64,000 bases of DNA, taken from assembly GCA_963667465.2 (NCBI GenBank), contig CAXXDN010000001.1, positions 320,001 through 384,000 of the forward strand, in the 5' to 3' direction. Position 1 is the first letter of the stretch, and each line of letters opens with the position of its first letter. Of the stretch, positions 1 to 9,455 are shown one piece after another. This DNA comes from Dehalococcoidia bacterium. GTDB lineage: Bacteria; Chloroflexota; Dehalococcoidia; UBA2979. Made by a program: the position numbers and the translations under genes. The notes beneath the pieces were generated by a model that did not search any database, was not told the origin of the DNA, and saw nothing but the letters and a program-made list of their open reading frames with translations.

Positions 1-87
1 ATCCAGCGCTACGAAGCCACGGACTACGCATCCGCCAGCCTCGCTCGCATCAAGGAGGTTGCTAGCGCCCTCGGCGCGAAGAGCTAA
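1..87 (+). CDS. 3' end of an XRE-family helix-turn-helix protein (partial, runs off window start)
   Basis: Frame 1 reads IQRYEATDYASASLARIKEVASALGAKS* (TAA 85-87), resembling the C-terminal half of XRE HTH proteins; not in the ORF track. Confidence 0.65.
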   Translation: MQRYEATDYASASLARIKEVASALGAKS

Positions 88-977
88 CCCCGCGCCGCCG
101 CCAGCGCGTAGAGCAGCCCCTCCACCTCCCGAGGCGGGAGCGCCGGGCCGGGGGCGAGCAGGCAGTGGGTGACGCCCGCGTCGCCGAGGGCGGAGGCGGC
201 GTCGAGGATGGCGGCCGGCTCCTGCTGCGCGGCGACGGGGAGCGGGGCGCAGACGTCGATCGCGGCGAAGTCGCGGGCGGCGGCCTCGCAGACCTCCCGG
301 GCCGCGGCGACCGCCTCGGCAGGGTCTGAGGCGGCGTCGAGGATCAGGCCGTCGCCGACGGCGGCGAGGCGGGCGAGGGCTCGCGGGCCCTCGTCGCGGA
401 CGTAGATCGGCGGGTGCGGCTTGCGGCTCGGCTTGGGGTAGGCCCCGATGTAGCCGAAGCGGATGTAAGCGCCCTCGAAGGTGCTCGGGTCGTCGCTCTC
501 GCGCCACATTTCGCGGCAGATCGCGATCCACTCGTCGGTCACCGCGGCGCGCGGCTCGTAGTACTCCTCGACGCCGAGCGCGGCGAACTCGCCGCGCGGG
601 GCGTCTTCGGAGACGCCGAAGAGCAGTCGGCCCTCCGCGATGCAGTCGAGCGTGCTCACCGCCTTCGCGAGGAAGAGCGGGTTACGCAGCGCCAGCACGC
701 AGTCGAGCGTCCCGATCTCGATGCGCTCGGTGTTGGCGGCGATGCCCGTGAGCAGCGAGATCGGCTCCAGTACCTCCTCGCGCCAGGCGTTCGCCCCGCC
801 CGCGCCGCGCAGCGGGGTGGCGAGCCGGTCGGAGGCCCAGACCGAGTCGAGGCCGAAGCGCTCGGCCGCCTCGCCGAGGCTCACGAGCGCCGAGGCGTCG
901 AGGGCGCGCGCGGGTCCGGCGGCGTTGGGCAGCAGCAGTCCGAAGCGCATCGGCGTCACCTCGCTCTGCTCACTCAA
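84..977 (-). CDS. LLM-class (luciferase-like) flavin/F420-dependent oxidoreductase, degenerate active-site motifs
   Basis: MRFGLLLP, GLDSVWASDRL, EPISLLTGIAANT..IEIGT, LRNPLFLAK..STLD, YPKP...PHPPIYV; start may be ATG 950. Confidence 0.85.
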   Translation of the reverse strand: MSEQSEVTPMRFGLLLPNAAGPARALDASALVSLGEAAERFGLDSVWASDRLATPLRGAGGANAWREEVLEPISLLTGIAANTERIEIGTLDCVLALRNPLFLAKAVSTLDCIAEGRLLFGVSEDAPRGEFAALGVEEYYEPRAAVTDEWIAICREMWRESDDPSTFEGAYIRFGYIGAYPKPSRKPHPPIYVRDEGPRALARLAAVGDGLILDAASDPAEAVAAAREVCEAAARDFAAIDVCAPLPVAAQQEPAAILDAASALGDAGVTHCLLAPGPALPPREVEGLLYALAAARG

Positions 978-1950
978 AGGCCGGCAGGATCTCGTCGGCC
1001 ATGAGCTGGATGCCGCGCATGATGCGCTCGAAGGCGGGCTCGCGGCCCTCGACGCGCGGCAGCGTCATGAAGTGGCGCACGCCCGCCTTCGCGAACCGGC
1101 GCAGGTCGGAGACGATCTCGTCGGGCGTGCCGCTGCAGAGGTGCCGCTCGCCGTCGCGGCGGCCGTTCAACTGGAAGCGCATGCCGTGCGCGCCGCTGGC
1201 GCTGAGCAGCCAGTTCTTCGAGATCTCGATCTCGTCGGGGTCACGGCCCTCGGCGAGGCAGATGCGGCGGAACTCGGCGATGCGCTCGGTCAGCTCCTCG
1301 ATGGTGTCGCCGGTGCAGTCGAAGCCCTGGCCGAGACGGACGGCGCGGCGCATGGCGGCGCGGCTGTGGCCACCAATCACGATCGGCGGGTGCGGCTTCT
1401 GCAGCGGCTTGGGGTAGGCGCCGACGTTCTCGAAGTTGACGAACTCGCCGTGGAAGCTCGACGGGCCGCTGCTCGTCCACAGCTCCTTGACGGCGCGCAG
1501 GTACTCGTTGGTGACGGCGCCGCGGCGGGGGAAGTACTCCGGCGGCAGGTTGAGCGCCGTGAACTCTTCCTCCATCCAGCCCAGCCCCGCCCCGAGGGCG
1601 AGCCGGCCGTTCGAGAGGTGGTCGACCGCGGCCAGCATCTTCGCGAGCACCACGGGGTGGCGCAGCGGGATGATCAGCACGCCCTGGTTGAGGACCACGT
1701 GCTTCGTGCGCACCGCAAGCGCGCTCAGCAGCGTGACCGGCTCGTAGACCGGGTACTGCCAGCGTGTCGCGCCGCGGCGGTCGCGGTGCGCATCGTCGTA
1801 GCCGATCTGCGCCGGCAGCACGAGGTGGTCGCCCATCCACAGCGAGTGGAAGCCGAGCGCGTCGGCGACCTCGCCGATCTCGATGCAGCCCTGGACGCCG
1901 ACGCTCTGGCCGAGATTGCCGACGTTGGAGACGGAGATGCCGAACTTCAC
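970..1950 (-). CDS. LLM-class F420-dependent oxidoreductase (Rv2161c/TIGR03619-like)
   Basis: MKFGIS, GFHSLWMGDHL, LRHPVVLAKMLAAVDHLSNGRLALGAGLGW..EEF, PKPLQKPHPPIVIGG. Confidence 0.9.
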   Translation of the reverse strand: MKFGISVSNVGNLGQSVGVQGCIEIGEVADALGFHSLWMGDHLVLPAQIGYDDAHRDRRGATRWQYPVYEPVTLLSALAVRTKHVVLNQGVLIIPLRHPVVLAKMLAAVDHLSNGRLALGAGLGWMEEEFTALNLPPEYFPRRGAVTNEYLRAVKELWTSSGPSSFHGEFVNFENVGAYPKPLQKPHPPIVIGGHSRAAMRRAVRLGQGFDCTGDTIEELTERIAEFRRICLAEGRDPDEIEISKNWLLSASGAHGMRFQLNGRRDGERHLCSGTPDEIVSDLRRFAKAGVRHFMTLPRVEGREPAFERIMRGIQLMADEILPAFE

Positions 1951-1986
1951 CGGCTCGTCCTCGAACGTTGTGTCGCTGCCCGCACC

Positions 1987-2832
1987 TTACACGCCGATCT
2001 CGCCGCGCTGGAACGCCTCGATGGTGGCGCGCAGGCCGTCGCGGGTGATGCGGCGGTTCATCTCGTTCACGGCGTCCGAGTGGTGCGCCGTGACGTTCAC
2101 GTCGACGGACTGGAGCATCGCCTCGCGAAAGCCGCGCAGGTCCTGCGTGCGGTTAATCGCCCGCTTCTGCAGCGTCAGGATGTCGCGAGGCGTCCTCGCG
2201 AGCCTCCGCACGTACTCCTCGACGGCTTCGTCGAGCTGGTCGGCGGGGAAGGCGCGGTTGAAGAGGCCGATCCGCACCGCCTCCGTGCCGCTGATGATCG
2301 AGCCGGTATTGAAGAACAGCTCCTTCGTCTTCTTCGGACCGATCAGCCACGCCCAGTAGACGGAGTTGAAGCCCGCGCCGAGCGGCAGCTGCGGCGCACC
2401 CACCCGCGCGTCCTCGGCGGCGAAGGTGATGTCACAGACGGCGGCGAGCTGGACGGCGCGCCCGAGGCAGTAGCCGTGCACCTTCGCGATCACCGGCAGC
2501 GGCGAGTCCCAGATGCGGAAGTAGCGCTGCAGGTTCAGCTCGCGCCCGGCGCGGTCGTCGACGGTCGAGGTGGGGACCGGGTGCCCGGAGGCCTCGTCAC
2601 GCTTCGTGTCCGCGCCGGTGGAGAAGGCGCGCCCGGCCCCGGCGATGACGGCGGCGTGGACGCCCTCGTCGGCCTCGGCGCGATTGAGCAGCGCCAGCAG
2701 CTCGTCGTCGAGCGCCGGACTGATCGCGTTGAGGCGGTCCTGGCGGTCGATCGTCAGGGTGGCGACGCGGCCTGCGACCTCGTAGCGAACGAAGCCCTCG
2801 GGCAGCGTGTCAGCGGCAGTCTCAGCGCTCAA
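1987..2832 (-). CDS. Enoyl-CoA hydratase/isomerase (crotonase) family protein
   Basis: ATLTIDRQDRLNAI, GAGRAFSTGAD, PVIAKVHGYCLG, CDITFAAEDARVG motifs. Confidence 0.9.
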   Translation of the reverse strand: MSAETAADTLPEGFVRYEVAGRVATLTIDRQDRLNAISPALDDELLALLNRAEADEGVHAAVIAGAGRAFSTGADTKRDEASGHPVPTSTVDDRAGRELNLQRYFRIWDSPLPVIAKVHGYCLGRAVQLAAVCDITFAAEDARVGAPQLPLGAGFNSVYWAWLIGPKKTKELFFNTGSIISGTEAVRIGLFNRAFPADQLDEAVEEYVRRLARTPRDILTLQKRAINRTQDLRGFREAMLQSVDVNVTAHHSDAVNEMNRRITRDGLRATIEAFQRGEIGV

Positions 2833-2879
2833 GCGCAGGCCCCTCTCCAGGATGCGTCCGGGTCTGCGATGATAGCGAG

Positions 2880-3446
2880 GTGAGCGAGAACCTGGTCGGC
2901 AAACTACTGGTCGCGACGCCGCTGCTGCAGGATCCGAACTTCGTGCGCACGGTGGTGCTGATCTGCCAGGAGAACGACGACGGCTACCTCGGCCTGATCC
3001 TCAACCGGCCGCTGGAGGCGACCGTTGCCGAGCACCTGCCGGAGTGGGAGCACCTCGTGTCCGCGCCGGCGCGCATCTTCGAGGGCGGTCCCGTGCAGCG
3101 CGAGGTCGCGCTCGCCCTCGGCCGCCGCAGCGACGGCGGCGGGGACAGCGGCCCCGCGGAGGGCTGGACGCCGGTCGGCGAGCAGCTGGGGCTGCTGGAC
3201 CTGCGCGGCACGCCCTCGGAGCTGTGGGGCGTGGTCGAGGAGCTGCGCATCTTCAGCGGCTACTCCGGCTGGGGCGCCGGGCAGTTGCAGGGCGAGCTGA
3301 GCGAGCAGGCCTGGTTCGTCGTGGACGCCGAGCCGGGCGACCCGTTCGCCGGGGACAGCGAGGGGCTGTGGCGGCAGGTGCTGCGCCGCCAGCCGGGCAA
3401 CCTCGCGATGTTCGCCAACTTCCCGCCCGACCCCGCTCTGAACTGA
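2880..3446 (+). CDS. YqgE/AlgH (DUF179) family protein
   Basis: GKLLVATP..QDPNFVRTVVLIC, GLILNRP, GGPVQ, RIFSGYSGWGAGQL..EL...W, P.DP.LN C-terminus. Confidence 0.92.
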   Translation: MSENLVGKLLVATPLLQDPNFVRTVVLICQENDDGYLGLILNRPLEATVAEHLPEWEHLVSAPARIFEGGPVQREVALALGRRSDGGGDSGPAEGWTPVGEQLGLLDLRGTPSELWGVVEELRIFSGYSGWGAGQLQGELSEQAWFVVDAEPGDPFAGDSEGLWRQVLRRQPGNLAMFANFPPDPALN

Positions 3447-3519
3447 CCGGCACTGAACTGGCCGCTCTGAACTGACCGGCACTGAACTGGCCGCTCTGAA
3501 CTGACCACGCTGAACTGAC
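3433..3519. repeat. Tandem repeat, 29-bp unit CCGCTCTGAACTGACCGGCACTGAACTGG (two perfect copies plus one degenerate; six CTGAACTG cores)
   Basis: Directly visible at 3433-3461, 3462-3490 and 3491-3519, between convergent genes. Confidence 0.9.
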
Positions 3520-3524
3520 TGCCG

Positions 3525-4733
3525 CTACGAGGCGAGCAGCAACGGGATGCGCAGCTCCTCCGGTCGCAGCCCGGAGTGGTGCGAGGCGTGGCGCAGCAGC
3601 TCGCGCGCCCCGTTCGCGGGGTGGTAGCCCAGCACCTGTGCGCCTCGGGAGATCGCGACGAAGTCGCCGAGGCGCTCGGCCGTGAGCGGGCTCAGCGGCT
3701 CCGGCCCGAACAACCGCAGCTCGTCCACCTCCTGCGTGGTCAGCAGCAGGAACGCCTCGCCGAAGCGCTCGCGGAAGCGAGCAGCGAAGGCCTCGTGGGC
3801 GCCGGGACGCACGTGGAAGTGCAGCACGCGCGAGTCGCCGGCGGGCTCGGCGGCGAGCAACTCGGGTATCCCGTCGTCCTCGCGAATCAGCAGCACCTCG
3901 TTCCCGGTGACGCCGAGGTGCCCGTGATCGGCGCTCAGCGCGACCACGGCCTGGCCACGCAGCTCCCGCGCGAGCAGGCCGAACAGCTGGTTGATGGCGT
4001 GCAGCGCCCGGGTCGCCTCGGCGCTCCACGGGCCGTGCTCGTGGGCGGCGTGGTCGAGGTGCGGGATGTAGAGGTAGACGAAGCTCGGCCCGTCGGCCCC
4101 GAGCACGGCCCCGATGGTCTGCTCCACGCCCTCGGCGAGCGTCTCGTACCCGATCGCCGGCTCGCCGCCGGTGCCGTAGCGCGAGTAGACACTGCCGGCG
4201 ATCGCCTGCGGCACGAGGACCAGCGTCCTGCGCGTCATCCTCGGCGTGAGCGCGGGCAGCGGGAACAGGTCCTCCGGCCGCACGCCGAGCTCGCCGAGCG
4301 AGCGGTCGTCGCGGCGGCGCACGTAGGGGAGGACGGTGGCCGGTCCGCCGATCGCCTCCACGTGCGTCCACCAACCGGTGACCGCATGCTGCGCCGGCCA
4401 CTCGCCGGTCAGCAGCGTGGTCAGGGCGACCACGGTCGAGGCGGGGAAGATCGCCCGCAACTCCATTGCGAGGTGCGCGCGGAGCACGTTCGCTCCGTCG
4501 CCGCCCTGCTCGATCATGTCGAGACCGAGGCCGTCGGCGAGCACGAACACGATGTGCTCGCGTTCCTCGAGGCGATCGGCGATGGCTTGCGCCTGCTCGC
4601 CCGGCGCGAGACCGCGGACGCCGCAGGCCGAGCCGATGGCGCGCGCAAGGTCGAGGAAGTTCGGAACATCCGCGTCGGGGCGAAGCAGCTCGCCTGCCTC
4701 GAACGCCGCGAGCAGTGCCTCGACATCGCTCAT
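3525..4733 (-). CDS. Alkaline phosphatase superfamily (type I phosphodiesterase/nucleotide pyrophosphatase) protein
   Basis: Metal-binding motifs LADGLG, FPASTVVALTTLLTG, LDHAAHEHG, SADHGH, HHSG; ATG 4733 (MSDVEALL) preferred over upstream starts. Confidence 0.88.
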   Translation of the reverse strand: MSDVEALLAAFEAGELLRPDADVPNFLDLARAIGSACGVRGLAPGEQAQAIADRLEEREHIVFVLADGLGLDMIEQGGDGANVLRAHLAMELRAIFPASTVVALTTLLTGEWPAQHAVTGWWTHVEAIGGPATVLPYVRRRDDRSLGELGVRPEDLFPLPALTPRMTRRTLVLVPQAIAGSVYSRYGTGGEPAIGYETLAEGVEQTIGAVLGADGPSFVYLYIPHLDHAAHEHGPWSAEATRALHAINQLFGLLARELRGQAVVALSADHGHLGVTGNEVLLIREDDGIPELLAAEPAGDSRVLHFHVRPGAHEAFAARFRERFGEAFLLLTTQEVDELRLFGPEPLSPLTAERLGDFVAISRGAQVLGYHPANGARELLRHASHHSGLRPEELRIPLLLAS

Positions 4734-4876
4734 CGGCGTCCCCCTGTCACGCCCATCATGGCCCGCGGCGCGGAGGTTGAACAGCCGCGACCGCGCGAGG
4801 CGGCGGCGCGCCGCGCTCAAGGCGCGCTGCGGCTATGCTGGCGGTCGCAATTCCGGGCAGCGACGAGGAGGGCGGC

Positions 4877-5950
4877 ATGCTGAAACTGGCGATCTCGTGC
4901 GGCGGCGCGACCTACGCAATCCAGGACTTCGACGAGACTACGGTCTACGCGCAGGAGGCCGAGAAGATCGGCGTTGACACGATCTGGACCGCCGAGGCCT
5001 GGATCCACGACGCGATCACGCCGCTCGCCTACCTCGCGGGCAAGACGGAGAAGGTGCGGCTGGGCACGGGCATCATGCAGGTCGGCGCGCGCACGCCAGC
5101 GATGGCCGCGATGACGGCGATGACGATGACGCGGCTGACCGGCGGGCGCTTCATCATGGGCTTCGGCACCTCCGGGCCGCAGGTGATCGAGGGCTGGCAC
5201 GGCATCTCCTTCGACCGCCCGGTCGCGCGCACGCGCGAGTACATCGAGGTGGTCCGCCGCGCGGTCAGTGGCGAGCCGCTGACCTACGAGGGCGAGTTCT
5301 ACAAGCTCCCGCTGCCCGGCGGCGACGGCAAGGCGCTGCGCCCGACCGGGGCGGCGACGCCCGACGTGCCGATCTGGATCGCCTCGATCGGCCCTCGCAA
5401 CCTGGAGCTGACCGGCGAGCTGGCGGACGGCTGGCTGGGCACGGTCTTCATCCCGGAGGAGGCAGAGCTGTTCTTCTCCCATATCCGCACGGGCGCCGAG
5501 CGCGCGGGGCGCGACTTCGACGCGATCGAGAAGCAGACGGGCGCGGGCGTGTGGTTCGCCGACGACGACGAAGAGCTGAACCGGGCGCTGGATGCACTGA
5601 GCGTCGGCGTCGCGTTCAGCCTCGGCGGGATGGGCTCGCGCCGCTACAACTTCTACAACCGCGCCTACAGCCGCCAGGGCTACGCCGACGAGGCGAAGCT
5701 GGTGCAGAACCTCTGGCTCGACGGCAAGCGCGACGAGGCGCGCGCAGCCGTGCCGCGGGAGCTGGCCGCCAAGGTCAACCTCGTGGGCGACGACGCGATG
5801 GTGAAGGAGCGGCTGCGCCTCTACCACGACATCGGCATGGACATGATCTTCGTCTCGCCGCACGGCGACACGATCGAGGAACGCCTCGAGACACTGGGGC
5901 GGACGATGGACCTGGTGAACGCCGTCAACGCGGAGGCCGCGGCGGCGTAG
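4877..5950 (+). CDS. LLM-class F420-dependent oxidoreductase (Rv3520c-like)
   Basis: WTAEAW..DA..PLAYLA..T..VRLGTGIMQ..ARTPA, GFGTSGPQVIEGWHG, GPRNLELTGELADGW; GAGGAG RBS before ATG 4877. Confidence 0.9.
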   Translation: MLKLAISCGGATYAIQDFDETTVYAQEAEKIGVDTIWTAEAWIHDAITPLAYLAGKTEKVRLGTGIMQVGARTPAMAAMTAMTMTRLTGGRFIMGFGTSGPQVIEGWHGISFDRPVARTREYIEVVRRAVSGEPLTYEGEFYKLPLPGGDGKALRPTGAATPDVPIWIASIGPRNLELTGELADGWLGTVFIPEEAELFFSHIRTGAERAGRDFDAIEKQTGAGVWFADDDEELNRALDALSVGVAFSLGGMGSRRYNFYNRAYSRQGYADEAKLVQNLWLDGKRDEARAAVPRELAAKVNLVGDDAMVKERLRLYHDIGMDMIFVSPHGDTIEERLETLGRTMDLVNAVNAEAAAA

Positions 5951-7337
5951 CCGGCGGGCCGCCCGGAGGCTGCCCGCCCCCGGATTGCGCCTCACCCCGC
6001 TGCGCCTCACCCGGCTGCGCGTCGCCCGTGACGGTGGTGATGCGCAGCCGTTCGCGGGCGACGATCTCCCCCCAGAACGGGCGGCGGATCAGCATGATGC
6101 AAATCGCGGAGAGCATCACCAGCAAGCCGTAGATCATGAAGATGCCCTGGTAGGTGCCGGTACGGTCGAAGACCAGCCCGGCGATGATCGGGAAGGCGAC
6201 CCCGAAGGGCATCTGCGACATCATCGTGAGACCCCGGATCGTCGAGAAGCGCGCCGACCCGAAGTAGTCGGCGATCAGGGTCATGAAGAGCACGACGTAG
6301 GCGCCGTGGCCGAAGACGTAGAACGGGTAGAAGAGCGCGAGCAGCCAGATGCGCTCGGATGTCACGTTGGCGAAGATAATCAGCCCGATGCCCTGCGCCA
6401 CGAAGCAGGCGACGTACGTGCGCCTGCGTCCGAACGAGTCAGCGATCAGGCCGAAGAAGAAGCGCCCCGGGATCTGGATTGCCCCGTACACGGCGACGGC
6501 CAGGCCCGCATGCACTGCGGAGAAGCCGACGTTCTGCAGGTGCGGCACCTGGTGCACGATCCAGACATTCTGCGTGGGGCCGCCGAAGGTTATCGCCACG
6601 GCCAGCAGGTAGAACGCCGGCGTGCGCAACGCCTCGGCGACGGACATCCCGCTCGTCGAGGCGAGGTGCGCCGCGTGGTCGCCTCGACGCCTCGCCTCCT
6701 CGGGAGAGATGCCGTCCGGGTGCTGGCCGTAGGGCTCGGGACGGTCGCGCAAGACGCCCACGAGCGGCAGGCCGACCGTGAGAATCACGAAGGCGGCGAT
6801 GACCAGCGTGGTACGCCAGCCGAACTCCGCGATCAGCACGGCGATGACGGGCGCGATCATGTAGCCCGCTGCGTTCCCGGAGAACAGCAGGCCCATCGCC
6901 CGCGAGCGGCTGCGCTGGAACCAGTTCATGACCGCCGCCGAGAACGGCGTGAACCCGCCCGCGCTCTGCCCGATCGCGATCACGAGGCTGGACACGTAGT
7001 AGTGCCAGACCGTCTGCGCGCTCGCGAAGAGCAGCATCCCGGCGAAGACGATGAACAGGCCGCCGAACGCCATTCGCCGCGGCCCGAAGCGATCGACGAG
7101 GTAGCCCGTGAACGGGGCCATCAGCCCGGACTCGAAGGCTCGCAGCGAGTAGCCGATCGTGATCACCGCGACGGTCCAACCCAGCTCGGCGCGGATCGGC
7201 TCGATGAAGACGCCGAAGCTGAAACCGATCACGCCGCCGATGAGGAAGTTCGTCGTCCCTCCGGCCAGCACGATGTACCAGCCGTAGAACAGCGGGCCAC
7301 CCGTCAGCCGGTTGGCGACGCGCACGAGCGCGCTCAC
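5925..7337 (-). CDS. MFS transporter (OFA/MCT-like)
   Basis: About 12 hydrophobic segments; FYGWYIV start, GYLVDRFGPRR motif A, second-half GLIADSFGRRR. Confidence 0.9.
   Translation of the reverse strand: MSALVRVANRLTGGPLFYGWYIVLAGGTTNFLIGGVIGFSFGVFIEPIRAELGWTVAVITIGYSLRAFESGLMAPFTGYLVDRFGPRRMAFGGLFIVFAGMLLFASAQTVWHYYVSSLVIAIGQSAGGFTPFSAAVMNWFQRSRSRAMGLLFSGNAAGYMIAPVIAVLIAEFGWRTTLVIAAFVILTVGLPLVGVLRDRPEPYGQHPDGISPEEARRRGDHAAHLASTSGMSVAEALRTPAFYLLAVAITFGGPTQNVWIVHQVPHLQNVGFSAVHAGLAVAVYGAIQIPGRFFFGLIADSFGRRRTYVACFVAQGIGLIIFANVTSERIWLLALFYPFYVFGHGAYVVLFMTLIADYFGSARFSTIRGLTMMSQMPFGVAFPIIAGLVFDRTGTYQGIFMIYGLLVMLSAICIMLIRRPFWGEIVARERLRITTVTGDAQPGEAQRGEAQSGGGQPPGGPPATPPRPPR
5970..6029. repeat. Imperfect 15-bp tandem repeat in the MFS C-terminal tail (GDAQP-GEAQR-GEAQS-GGGQP)
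   Basis: CTGCGCCTCACCC-type units repeat with 15-bp period. Confidence 0.6.
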
Positions 7338-7459
7338 GACCGTCCCATGGGCCGCGCCCTCCGGTTTCCGTTCGAGTTCATGGCCAGCGTCGGGCCCAAT
7401 GCTAACGGAGGGTCGTCGCGCACAACAGGCACCGCTATAGTCCGCGCGGGAGGTGGCTC

Positions 7460-8293
7460 ATGAGCGGACGACTCGAGGGCAAGCGAGCGGTAATCACCGG
7501 AGCGGCGAACGGCCTCGGCCGCGCCTGCGCGGAGCGCTTCGCCGAGGAAGGCGCTTCGATCGTCGTCGCCGACCTGCTGGCGGACGGCGCGGAGGAGGTC
7601 GTCGAGACCATCCGCGCGGCCGGCGGCACGGCCGTCGCCGTGCAGGTCGACACACGGATGGATGAGAGCAACGCCGCGCTGGCAAAGAGCGCGGTCGAGG
7701 CGTTCGGCGGCATCGACATCGTGATCCCGGCCGCCGGAGTGGCGCACCCTGGCTACGTCACCAACGAGGTAGACCACAACGCCCAGCATTTGGCGGCCTT
7801 CGCCGAGGATCCCCTGGGCCACAGCTTCATCTACCAGCCGCTGGAGATGTGGGATTACGTCATGGACGTGAACTTCACCGGCGTGCTGCTGACGCTGCGC
7901 CACACCCTGCGGCCGATGATCGAGGCCGGCGAGGGTGGCGCCGTCGTCACGATCGCCTCGATCCTCGCGAAGCTGCCTGTCGGCGCATCTTCGGCGGCCT
8001 ACCAGGTGGCGAAGGCGGGCGTCTGGATGCTGACCAAGTCGATGGCGCCGGAGCTGGCGAAGCACGACATCCGCATCAACACGATCGGGCCCGGCTACTT
8101 CGAGACCTCGATGACGGAGATGCTCCGCATGGACGAGGCCACGAAGCAGGCGGTGCTGGCGATGGTGCCGATGGGCCGCATGGGCACGCCGCGCGAGCTT
8201 GCCAACACCGCGCTCTTCCTCGCCAGCGAGGACTCCTCGTACTTCACGGGCCAGCTGCTGATCCCGGACGGCGGGTGGTTCCCGACGGCCTAG
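7460..8293 (+). CDS. Short-chain dehydrogenase/reductase (SDR)
   Basis: TGAANGLG Rossmann motif, YQVAK catalytic motif, IRINTIGPG; GGAGG RBS. Confidence 0.93.
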   Translation: MSGRLEGKRAVITGAANGLGRACAERFAEEGASIVVADLLADGAEEVVETIRAAGGTAVAVQVDTRMDESNAALAKSAVEAFGGIDIVIPAAGVAHPGYVTNEVDHNAQHLAAFAEDPLGHSFIYQPLEMWDYVMDVNFTGVLLTLRHTLRPMIEAGEGGAVVTIASILAKLPVGASSAAYQVAKAGVWMLTKSMAPELAKHDIRINTIGPGYFETSMTEMLRMDEATKQAVLAMVPMGRMGTPRELANTALFLASEDSSYFTGQLLIPDGGWFPTA

Positions 8294-8312
8294 TCGGGAA
8301 GCGACGCGCGGG

Positions 8313-8774
8313 CTAGAGCAGCGCTGCGAGGCCGAGCGCGACCGCGCCGAGGATCAGCACGAGCGAGGCGGCGACCGCCCAGAGCGAGAGCAGCCAGTAC
8401 CAGGGCGCGGCGATCATCCCGGCCCCGCGCTCGCGCAGCGCGAGGCGCAGGGTGCGCGCCAGCAGCCGCCCGTCGCTCGACCACGGCTCGCCGCGCAGCG
8501 CGGCCTCGCCGAGCTGCGTCCGCAACTCGTCGAGCATTGCGGCGGCGCGGTAGAGCGTGCGCGCGAGGTGGACGAGCAGCAGGCCGGGCAGCAGCAGCGC
8601 GGCGGCGATGACCGCCGCGAGGCTGAGCTCCACAGGCGTCGCCGGGCCCTCGCGACCCGCGATCAACCACCAGACAAGCGCGCCCGCCACGAGCGAGGCG
8701 AACGCGAGGAGCTCGATAGCGCGCAGGCCGCGCCGCGCGAGTCTTGCGGGATCGGCTACGCGCCAGCTATGCAT
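8313..8774 (-). CDS. Hypothetical membrane protein (about 3 TM helices)
   Basis: Hydrophobic stretches in an otherwise empty interval; start uncertain (could be GTG 8759). Confidence 0.6.
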   Translation of the reverse strand: MHSWRVADPARLARRGLRAIELLAFASLVAGALVWWLIAGREGPATPVELSLAAVIAAALLLPGLLLVHLARTLYRAAAMLDELRTQLGEAALRGEPWSSDGRLLARTLRLALRERGAGMIAAPWYWLLSLWAVAASLVLILGAVALGLAALL

Positions 8775-8790
8775 CTGTCACCACCAGTGC

Positions 8791-8899
8791 GCCTCCCCGG
8801 AGGCCAGTGCGTAACCGCCCCTGGATTCCCGCGTTCTCCGGAACGACGGTTCTACAGAGTCTGTCCCGGCGAGACGATACGGACGCCTTCCGGGGAGGC
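8791..8899. repeat. Small inverted-repeat-bounded element containing a degenerate GGATTCCCGC...GGAAyGACG palindrome
   Basis: GCCTCCCCGGAGGC (8791-8804) is an imperfect inverted repeat of GCCTTCCGGGGAGGC (8885-8899); internal CTGGATTCCCGCGTTCTCCGGAACGACG at 8821-8848. Confidence 0.45.
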
Positions 8900-8955
8900 A
8901 ACAGCCCCCGCGCGCCGAGGCTAGACTGCGGCAGTCACCCGGAGGAGGCAACGCT

Positions 8956-9297
8956 GTGGGCACATACCGCCTGTACACAGGAGACGACGGCGAATCCCGC
9001 GTCGCGCCCATCGACCTGTCGGACACGCCCGACTGGAGGGCGGGTCTGGACGCCACGACCATCAGCTTCCGGGAGGCCCCTCCGGGGAGATTCGTGGACT
9101 GGCACCCGGCGCCCCGCCGGCAGTTCGTCATCATCCTCTCGGGGCAACTCGAGATCGGGCTGAGCGACGGGTCGAAGCACATCTTCGGTCCCGGCGACGC
9201 CCGCCTGGTCGAGGACACGACCGGCAAGGGCCACACCACCGCGGTGCACGGCGACGAGCCCTGCGTGACAGCCACCATCCCGCTCGCCAACCAGTAG
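8956..9297 (+). CDS. Cupin-domain protein
   Basis: RLYTGDDGES, DWHPAPRRQFVIILSG.LEIG..DG, GPGD..LVEDTTGKGH; GGAGGAGG RBS. Confidence 0.85.
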   Translation: MGTYRLYTGDDGESRVAPIDLSDTPDWRAGLDATTISFREAPPGRFVDWHPAPRRQFVIILSGQLEIGLSDGSKHIFGPGDARLVEDTTGKGHTTAVHGDEPCVTATIPLANQ

Positions 9298-9455
9298 CAT
9301 CGCCCCAGCCCCGGCGGGCCGGACAGCGTGCGCGATTCCGCCTCGAATCTACCTAAATCGCCGCCTCGATCCGGCAGGCTCGAGGTGGGCCGGTTGTCGC
9401 TTCGCGGGCGGTGGCGGAAGCTCGCGAGGGCGTCCAACCGGCGAGGGGGCCAGGC

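Noticed and set aside
640-2883. Long antisense or alternate-frame ORFs (also 8778-10565, 13676-15850, 19860-21665, 22021-24075, 39285-41255, 44761-47028 and others)
   Set aside because: Shadow ORFs expected in very high-GC DNA; they overlap well-supported genes and have Arg/Ala/Gly-rich, motif-free translations.
3433-3519. CRISPR array
   Set aside because: Units are directly adjacent with no unique spacers, and no cas genes are present; it is a simple tandem repeat.
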